Positions 57,433 through 64,000 of a DNA stretch of 64,000 nt are shown here, piece by piece. The first letter of the stretch is position 1. Each line of letters begins with the position of its first letter. Both the position numbers and the translations under genes were made by a program. The notes under the pieces were generated by a model. The model saw only the letters and a program-made list of their open reading frames with translations, ran no database searches and was not told the DNA's origin. Source of the stretch: Nitrospirota bacterium (GTDB taxonomy: Bacteria > Nitrospirota > Thermodesulfovibrionia > Thermodesulfovibrionales > JdFR-86); the NCBI GenBank assembly GCA_963721805.1, contig CAVRJY010000001.1, positions 1,184,001 through 1,248,000 of the forward strand, read 5' to 3'.

Positions 57433-58668
57433 TTATCCGCCCGCGGGCATCACGGACGTGACGACCATGACGGCGGCAAGAATTATTATCACGAGTACCG
57501 TGGCCCAGGTGACGTAGTTATAAAACCTGTTATTGGTATAACTCCCCATTATGCGCTTGTTGTTGACGAGCATGACCGCAAAGACGAGAACGAAGGGCAG
57601 TATCAGGCCGTTGAGCGCGGCCGACGCGACCATCAGCGCCACGAGCGGGGCGCCGGGAATAAGAATGATCAGGCAGCTCACGGCGAGCAGCGCCGTGTAT
57701 ATCCACATGAACTGCGGGGCCTCGGCGAAGGACTTGTTCACGCCGCGCTCCCAGCCCATCGCCTCGCAGATGTAATATGCGGTCGCAAGCGGCACTATGA
57801 TCGCCCCGAGTATGGAGGCGTTTACGAGGCTGACCGCAAACAGGGTCGAGGCGTACGGGCCGGCAAGCGGTTTCAGGGCGAGCGCCGCCTCGCCGGCGTC
57901 AGTGACCCTGATGCCGTGCGGAAACAGCGTCGCCGCGCACGAGACGATGATGAAGAACGATACGATATCGGTGATGAAGCAGCCGGACACGACGTCTATG
58001 CGCGAGAGCTTGTAGTGGCTCTTCCTGATGCCCTTCTCGGCTATCGAGGACTGCAGGTAGAACTGCATCCAGGGCGTGATGGTCGTGCCTATGATCGCTA
58101 TGACGAGCATGACGTATTCAAAGTCATATTGTACGTGCGGGACAACCAGGTTCTTTGCAACGGCCGACCAGTCAGGATGCGAGAGGAAGCCCGAGATCAC
58201 GTATCCGAAATACAGCAGGCAGGCCCCGAGCAGGACGCGCTCGACGAATTTATAACTCCCCCGCGTGACGAGCAGCCAGACGAAGAAGCCCCCCAAGGGA
58301 ACGACTATATAGCGGCTTATGCCGAATATCTCCATGCTCGCGGCGAGTCCGGCGAAGTCCGCGACCGTGTTGCCGAGGTTCGCGATGAAGAGGCCGACCA
58401 TCATGTAAAACGTGGCCTTGACCCCGTAATTTTCGCGGATCAGGTCTGAGAGCCCCTTACCAGTGATAACGCCCATGCGCGCTATCATCTCCTGTATTAC
58501 GATCAGCGCGACCGTTGTAGGGATCAGCGTCCAGAGCAGCGTATAGCCGTATCTCGCCCCCGCCACCGAGTACGTGGTTATGCCGGGTGCGTCGTTGTCG
58601 ATGTTGGCGGTGATGATGCCCGGCCCCATGACCGACAGAAACAGCGCTATGCGCTTCCAGCGCTTCAT
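57433..58668 (-). CDS. NRAMP-family divalent metal transporter (Mg-transport-related subfamily)
   Basis: GPGIITANIDNDAPGITTYS, GTTITPWMQFY, multiple TM helices. Confidence 0.9.
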   Translation of the reverse strand: MKRWKRIALFLSVMGPGIITANIDNDAPGITTYSVAGARYGYTLLWTLIPTTVALIVIQEMIARMGVITGKGLSDLIRENYGVKATFYMMVGLFIANLGNTVADFAGLAASMEIFGISRYIVVPLGGFFVWLLVTRGSYKFVERVLLGACLLYFGYVISGFLSHPDWSAVAKNLVVPHVQYDFEYVMLVIAIIGTTITPWMQFYLQSSIAEKGIRKSHYKLSRIDVVSGCFITDIVSFFIIVSCAATLFPHGIRVTDAGEAALALKPLAGPYASTLFAVSLVNASILGAIIVPLATAYYICEAMGWERGVNKSFAEAPQFMWIYTALLAVSCLIILIPGAPLVALMVASAALNGLILPFVLVFAVMLVNNKRIMGSYTNNRFYNYVTWATVLVIIILAAVMVVTSVMPAGG

Positions 58669-58675
58669 GCGCCCC

Positions 58676-59938
58676 TCAGACGCTCCGCATGAGCTTGCGG
58701 GCCTTCTTGGGTATCAGGCGGTCGAGGATGTCGTCGACCGTCACGACCCCGACCATGCAGGTGTCGCAGTCCACGACCGGTAGCGCGACGAGGTTATACT
58801 TGGCGATCACGCCCGCCACCTCGTCCTCGTCCGTCTCGGGCCTGACGGACTTGATGTTAGTCTCCATGATGTCCCCGAGCGTCGCCTCCGGGCTGGCCAG
58901 CAGAATTTCCCTCAGGGATGTCACGCCGCGAAGCTTTTCGTCCTCGTCGATTACGTAGATGTAGTATATGTCGTGGATGTCCTCGGCGTCAGTCTTGAAC
59001 TTCAGGATCGCATCGGCCACGGTCATCTCAGGCGGGTAGGCCACGTAGACGTTCGTCATCAGGCCGCCGGCGGTGTCGGCGTCGTGGCCGAGGAGTTCCT
59101 GGATGTCCTCGGCCTCCTCCTGCTCGATATGGCCGAGGAGTTCCTGCGCCTTCTCGGCCGAGAGGCTCGACAGCAGGTCGGCGGCAGAGTCCGGCGGCAT
59201 CTCTTCGAGGATGTCGGCGGCGCGCGAGGCCTCGATGTCGCTGATGACAGACTGCTGGTCCTTGGGGTCGAGCTCCGAGATCGCGTCCGCGGCGGTCTCG
59301 ACGTCGAGGTTCCGGATCAGGTGCGCGCTCTCCTGGGGCGATATCTGGCTTATCATCTCGGCCAGGTCGGCAGGGTGCAGGTCAGCGACGATCTGCCTCG
59401 TGACCGTAAGCGAGATGTTCGTGAGCTTCGGCTGCAGGGGCTGGATGTAGTTCCAGCTTATCAGGCTTTGGGGCATCTCGCGGCGCAGCAGCCTGAGGAC
59501 CATCTCGCCCTGGCGTTCTATCCCCATGCGGCGCAGCAGTCCCCTGATGCCTACGTCCACGGCAACCAGCACGGCCGTGTCGAAATACCCCTCGATCTTG
59601 ATGTCGTTTACGCGCACGACGCGCGCCCCGTTTGCGTCCACGATCTGCTTGTCGAGTATGTCGCGCACCGCGAGCAGGTCATCTTCGGCGGGCTCATAGG
59701 TCTGCATGGTGTTGATGAAGTTCATGGAGGTCATCACCTTGCGGTTAAAGAGGTTCAGGTCTGACCACTGGAGCTTCACCATGCGCTTCTTGCTCTCCAG
59801 CAGGAGGGTGTCGATCTTGGGCAGCGGCTCGCCCTTGACGACCGTGATGTCCTTGAGCCTGCCGAGCTCCTCGCCCTTGGGATCCAGTACGGGTTTGCCT
59901 AGAATGTCGCTAAGAAACAGCTCTCCGAACAGCGCCAT
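58676..59938 (-). CDS. MgtE intracellular domain/CBS protein with N-terminal PRC barrels
   Basis: LHPADLA, TAGGLM, CBS pair, GVVTVDD. No TM region. Confidence 0.88.
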   Translation of the reverse strand: MALFGELFLSDILGKPVLDPKGEELGRLKDITVVKGEPLPKIDTLLLESKKRMVKLQWSDLNLFNRKVMTSMNFINTMQTYEPAEDDLLAVRDILDKQIVDANGARVVRVNDIKIEGYFDTAVLVAVDVGIRGLLRRMGIERQGEMVLRLLRREMPQSLISWNYIQPLQPKLTNISLTVTRQIVADLHPADLAEMISQISPQESAHLIRNLDVETAADAISELDPKDQQSVISDIEASRAADILEEMPPDSAADLLSSLSAEKAQELLGHIEQEEAEDIQELLGHDADTAGGLMTNVYVAYPPEMTVADAILKFKTDAEDIHDIYYIYVIDEDEKLRGVTSLREILLASPEATLGDIMETNIKSVRPETDEDEVAGVIAKYNLVALPVVDCDTCMVGVVTVDDILDRLIPKKARKLMRSV

Positions 59939-60058
59939 TGGATATCCCTCCCCGCGTTGGTTAATCAGATAGTATATATGAGGCTTAAGCGGTTAATAAA
60001 GCGGGAATCCCCGCGCGATCCGGGGCTGCGCGCGCCGCCATATGCGGTACAATGATAT

Positions 60059-60715
60059 ATGTCCAGGGCAGCCTCTATAGCCGCGGTCGTCGCGCTATGC
60101 GCGCTCTTCGCGCTGCAGCACAGCCTGCTCGTGACCGACCAGGCCAAGGCGCTTGCGCGCCGCGCGCTCGGCTGGGCGTTCGTGCGCGCGTATTACCGCC
60201 TCGGCTTCACGCTCGTCAGCCTCGCGTCGCTCGCCGCCTTCGCGTTCGCATTCATGATGGTCCCGGATGCGGTGCTATGGTCGCCACCGTTGTGGCTCGT
60301 GGCAATTATGCGCCTCGGGCAGCTGGGCGCTGCGATATTCGCGGTCAGGTCGTTTACGGCCGTGAGCCTCTGGGAGTTCATCGGCCTCAGGCAGGCCTGG
60401 AGCGTGCTGCGCGGCGGCAGGCCCGCGGGCGACGTCGAGGGGCTCGCGATGCGGGGGCTCGTCACCAGCGGCTCATACCGCTACGTCCGCCACCCGCTCT
60501 ACCTCGCCGGGATACTGGTATTCACGCTGAACCCCGAGTTCACCCTCAACCGCGTTACGCTCGCGGCCTGCGCGGATATCTACTTCATCGCGGGCGCGAT
60601 GATAGAGGAGAAACGGCTGCTCGCAAGGTTCGGAAACGAGTACAGGCGGTACATGGCCATTGTCCCGCGCTTCATCCCTTCGTTAAAAAGAGCGGAGCGC
60701 CCGAGCGCGCGATGA
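60059..60715 (+). CDS. Isoprenylcysteine-carboxyl-methyltransferase/NnrU-like membrane protein
   Basis: FALQHSLL, YRYVRHPLY, EEKRL, FGNEY..Y...VP. Confidence 0.8.
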   Translation: MSRAASIAAVVALCALFALQHSLLVTDQAKALARRALGWAFVRAYYRLGFTLVSLASLAAFAFAFMMVPDAVLWSPPLWLVAIMRLGQLGAAIFAVRSFTAVSLWEFIGLRQAWSVLRGGRPAGDVEGLAMRGLVTSGSYRYVRHPLYLAGILVFTLNPEFTLNRVTLAACADIYFIAGAMIEEKRLLARFGNEYRRYMAIVPRFIPSLKRAERPSAR

Positions 60716-61514
60716 GGCCCCGCGAGGCGGCCATCTCAAAGAGCGCCGAGACCGCCGCCTCGCCCTCCGGCCCGACGTCCACCGAGTAGTCGTTGACGTA
60801 TAGCGCTATATGGCGTTCTATCACATCATCCGATAATTCCTGCGAGTGCTGCTTTATGTAGGAGATAGATTCATCGGGATGAGCGCGCGCGTATAGGATG
60901 CTCTCGCGGATTAGCGCCTCGACCTGTCCTATAAGCGCAGCGCCTAACGATCGCTTCATCAGTATCCCGCCGAGCGGGATGGGGCGGCCGGTAGCGCTCT
61001 CCCACCACTGCCCGAGGTCCATAAGCTGAATGAGGCCGTAGTTGCGGTAGGTGAACCTGCCCTCGTGGATTACGAGACCGGCATCGAACTCGCCAGCCGC
61101 CACGGCGGGCATGATCCGGTCAAACTGCATGGGCGTTGCGTTACGGACAAGCTCCGGGTCAAAGAGAGACAGCAGCAGGTACGCGGTGGTCATCAGCCCC
61201 GGCACCGCGATGCGCCCGCCGCGCAGCTTCTCCAAACTCATGCCCTCGCGCGCCACGACGAGCGGCCCGCACCCGCGTCCGAGCGCCCCTCCCGAGCGCA
61301 GGAGGCAATAATTATCCATCAGGGACATGATCGCACCGTAGGAGACCTTCGTGATGTCCAGCTCGCCGCCCAGCGCCATGCGGTTGAGCGTCTCGACGTC
61401 CTCGTGCCTGACCTCGAAATCAAGGCCCGGCGCGGGGATTTTGCCATGCGTGAGGGCGTGAAAGATGAATGTATCGTTAGGACAGGGCGAATAGCCAAGC
61501 GTGAGCGTACGCAT
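60672..61514 (-). CDS. mqnD: 1,4-dihydroxy-6-naphthoate synthase (futalosine pathway)
   Basis: GYSPCPNDTF, DVETLN, IHEGRFTY, LYVN. Confidence 0.95.
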   Translation of the reverse strand: MRTLTLGYSPCPNDTFIFHALTHGKIPAPGLDFEVRHEDVETLNRMALGGELDITKVSYGAIMSLMDNYCLLRSGGALGRGCGPLVVAREGMSLEKLRGGRIAVPGLMTTAYLLLSLFDPELVRNATPMQFDRIMPAVAAGEFDAGLVIHEGRFTYRNYGLIQLMDLGQWWESATGRPIPLGGILMKRSLGAALIGQVEALIRESILYARAHPDESISYIKQHSQELSDDVIERHIALYVNDYSVDVGPEGEAAVSALFEMAASRGLIARSGAPLFLTKG

Positions 61515-62176
61515 CACTCCAGCTGCGCCTTAAGCGCGCTTAGCTCCGCACGCAGCGTGGCCAGCTCTGACTTAAGCGCCGAGACCTCGGCCTCGAGCCG
61601 TTCCATGCGCTCGTCCTCCGCTCGCACGCGCAAAGTGGCGGGCTCATCCTTAAGCTCAGCCTGTTCCTCCGCGATCTCGGGCGCGCCGCATAGCAGGTGC
61701 GCATAGCGGCGCTCCTTCTGGCCGCTCTGGCGCGGGAGCTTCGTAACGAGCGGCTCGGGCCGGTTCATCAGGGCATCGAGCACGGTCTCGACCTCGACCG
61801 TGTTGCCGAATGCGAACATGCGCTCGGCGCGTCCTCTTAGCTCCCCGCTCGTCTGCGGACCCCGGAGCATGAGTTCGCATATCAGCGCGACCTCTGCCGG
61901 GCCTATCTCGAACTTGCGGCCGAAGTGGTGCTCGTACTTCGGCGTGCGGCTGTCTGCGCGCATGACCTTCTCGGTGAGTCCCGCCTGCCTCAGGCGGTCG
62001 AGGCCGCGCACGACCGTGCCCTCGTCGAAGCTGACGATGGGGTGGCGGTTGGACTTCTGGTTGCAGGCGTTGACGAGCGCGTTAAGCGTAAGCGGATAGT
62101 ACTCAGGCGTCGTGAGCTGTTTCTCTATCAGCGAGCCCAGTACGCGGGCCTCTATCGCATCGAGCAATGGTTCCAT
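61514..62176 (-). CDS. DUF480/YceH family protein
   Basis: EARVLGSLIEKQLTTPEYYPLTLNALVNACNQKSNR, LRGPQT. Confidence 0.92.
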   Translation of the reverse strand: MEPLLDAIEARVLGSLIEKQLTTPEYYPLTLNALVNACNQKSNRHPIVSFDEGTVVRGLDRLRQAGLTEKVMRADSRTPKYEHHFGRKFEIGPAEVALICELMLRGPQTSGELRGRAERMFAFGNTVEVETVLDALMNRPEPLVTKLPRQSGQKERRYAHLLCGAPEIAEEQAELKDEPATLRVRAEDERMERLEAEVSALKSELATLRAELSALKAQLE

Positions 62177-62208
62177 ATATTTACATTACGCATCAGCGAG
62201 GGCAAAAT

Positions 62209-63471
62209 TCAATGGCCCGAGGCTCCGCGCCTGCCCGAGAGCGCGTATATCGCGGTCGTAGTGATAAGAGCGAGCGCGAGTATCCCGGCCGCCCCGACCA
62301 CGCTGTTAAGCAGCTTCGGCCGTGCTATCAGCGCAACGCCGAGGTATCCCATCATCAGGCCCGAAAGCAGCTTCAGGAGCCGCCCCTCGGTCTCGCTCAG
62401 CTTCCTCCCGCCGAGCGTCACTACGAACAGCGCCACGATCACCGCAAGCGGTATGACGTAGACCACGTTATAACACGCGAGGTAGAGGTAATACGTGCTC
62501 CAGGGAAGCTTGTGGAGCGTGAGCACCCGCGTGTAGACCATCGGGAACCCCGCTGTGCACAACAGCTCGTATGCGTTTGCGGCCGCCGCGAGCACGACCG
62601 TCCCGGCCAGCATCGAGGGCATGCTGGACGCCTTGATAAGCCCCCTCATGCGCTCAAAGAGCATCGGCTTTGCGGCCTCGGGGATCGAGAGCGAGACGCC
62701 CTGCTTGAACGCGAAGAAGTCCTTTACGTTTATCGCCCCGGCTACAACGGCGCCGCCGCCCGCGACCGTCGTGATGAGCGCGATATTGCCGACTATCACG
62801 AAGAAGTTCAGCCACGCGGCCATGAACAGGAAATAGACCAGTCCCGAGAAGAATACAAACGTGCCGCCCACGATCAGCATCCGCGTGCGGCTCCGCGCGT
62901 GCACGAGCAGGCTCAGCAGGAACATCAGGACGAAGAGCGCGCAGGGGTTGAAGCTGTCGAGCCCGCCGAGTATGAGCGTCAGCAGCGGCAGCGAGATCGC
63001 GGATGCGTCGAGGCTGCCGAGCAGCGGTATCGTGACCGTCGTGGGTGGTTTCTCCTCGACGGGTGCGGGGTTTGGCGGTCGGTCGTGGTTCGCCTGCACT
63101 ATGCCCTCGATCCCGCGTGCCGTGTCCTCGCTGAAGCCCATGAATACCTGGTTTCCGATCACCGTGACAGGCACCGAGACGGCCGTTATCCCGGCCTTCG
63201 CGGCGAACGCCTGAAACAGCCTCGCGTTTCCTTCGTTATGCCAGACCTCCAGGTCAGTCACCCTGAGCTCTGGATACCGCTCGATCAACCCCGCCAGGAA
63301 CCTCTGCTCCTCGGCACAGTGAGGGCAGCCCTCGCCCCGGAACAAGAGGATGCTGACCTCGCGCGTGGCTGGCTTCTCATCGCGCGGCTGCGCGGTCGCC
63401 GGAGAGGCGGGCACGATTGATATGAGCAGCATGATTATCAGGAGCATCTTGCGTGTCGTCATCTGATCCAT
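62209..63471 (-). CDS. Glutaredoxin-like domain plus multi-TM membrane domain (DsbD/CcdA-like)
   Basis: GCPHC, DSFNPCA, ELLCTAGFP, about 7 TM helices. Confidence 0.82.
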   Translation of the reverse strand: MDQMTTRKMLLIIMLLISIVPASPATAQPRDEKPATREVSILLFRGEGCPHCAEEQRFLAGLIERYPELRVTDLEVWHNEGNARLFQAFAAKAGITAVSVPVTVIGNQVFMGFSEDTARGIEGIVQANHDRPPNPAPVEEKPPTTVTIPLLGSLDASAISLPLLTLILGGLDSFNPCALFVLMFLLSLLVHARSRTRMLIVGGTFVFFSGLVYFLFMAAWLNFFVIVGNIALITTVAGGGAVVAGAINVKDFFAFKQGVSLSIPEAAKPMLFERMRGLIKASSMPSMLAGTVVLAAAANAYELLCTAGFPMVYTRVLTLHKLPWSTYYLYLACYNVVYVIPLAVIVALFVVTLGGRKLSETEGRLLKLLSGLMMGYLGVALIARPKLLNSVVGAAGILALALITTTAIYALSGRRGASGH

Positions 63472-63586
63472 TATCTCACCAAGCGTGATCACCCGCAATC
63501 ATGCAAATATTGTCTTTTAGCGTATTGTCGTTTATACTGACTTCGGTCGTTGACCGAAATGCGGAATCGCAATAAGGGGAGGGGTC

Positions 63587-63787
63587 ATGCTAAAAAGGGT
63601 TGTGTTGGGATGTCTCGTGCTCGGTGGAGTATTCCTTGCCGGGTGCGCTCCGGTGAAGATCACAAAATGCAAGATCGAGTACAAGTACGAGAACGGGCAG
63701 AAGGTCATGGAGTATTCCGAGTGCATCGAGCAGGTGCCCGAGAAGATGCCGCCGATTCACCTCAAAAACGTGGAGCTGTATGAATGA
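63587..63787 (+). CDS. Small lipoprotein
   Basis: GGAGG RBS, lipobox LAGC. Confidence 0.7.
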   Translation: MLKRVVLGCLVLGGVFLAGCAPVKITKCKIEYKYENGQKVMEYSECIEQVPEKMPPIHLKNVELYE

Positions 63788-64000
63788 TCGGCTCCAAGGT
63801 GAATAGACCGGCGGGATATCTGGTCGGAGCTATGCTCGTTTTTTTTCTTGTCGCGGGCTGCTCATCCGCCGGAAGGCAATTCGATCCAGCACGGTTTTCA
63901 AGCTCCATTGAAAAGGGCAAATCAACAAAGAAGGATGTGATCGAGATATGCGGCCAGCCGCTCTCGACCCGGTTCGATTCCACCTCCGGGGTGGAGACCT
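63784..64000 (+). CDS. Lipoprotein, BamE/SmpA-like (runs off the window)
   Basis: Manual translation MIGSKVNRPAGYLVGAMLVFFLVAGCSSAGRQFD...IEKGKSTKKDVIEICGQP. ATGA overlap with the upstream stop. Confidence 0.65.
   Translation, partial: MIGSKVNRPAGYLVGAMLVFFLVAGCSSAGRQFDPARFSSSIEKGKSTKKDVIEICGQPLSTRFDSTSGVET

Overview
GC-rich bacterial chromosome segment. Gene content suggests an anaerobe such as Nitrospirota or a Desulfobacterota-like organism, but that is inference only. Bases 1-21352 hold a long minus-strand type II fatty-acid/polyketide lipid cluster of the 'ladderane-like/aryl-polyene-like' kind. It has 3 intact ketosynthases, 2 chain-length-factor-like KS, 2 ACPs, FabG, 3 radical SAM enzymes (two B12-binding), a phytoene-dehydrogenase-like oxidoreductase, acyltransferases, a glycosyltransferase, MMPL and LolA, and it is contiguous with lspA, ileS and an EF-G paralogue. 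The middle carries dksA with a histone-H1-like tail, an AT-rich ATPase gene, oppBC, a VorB-like subunit, rplT-pheS, an SRAP pseudogene, a lytic transglycosylase and nadA. Five copies of a structured ~125-165 bp palindromic repeat bracket the two accessory genes in this part. Bases 41000-50125 encode an Hmc/Hyb-like multiheme electron-transfer operon with a heme-c-motif sensor kinase. tRNA-Arg(CCT) and a membrane-bound group 1 [NiFe]-hydrogenase operon follow. The top finding is an in-frame TGA in the hydrogenase large subunit at the second Cys of the N-terminal RxCGxC motif, followed by a bacterial-SECIS-like hairpin. This suggests selenocysteine at a bridging Ni-Fe ligand, not at the C-terminal terminal ligand used by known [NiFeSe] enzymes. 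Several single-base frameshifts suggest possible assembly errors, so read-level checks are needed.
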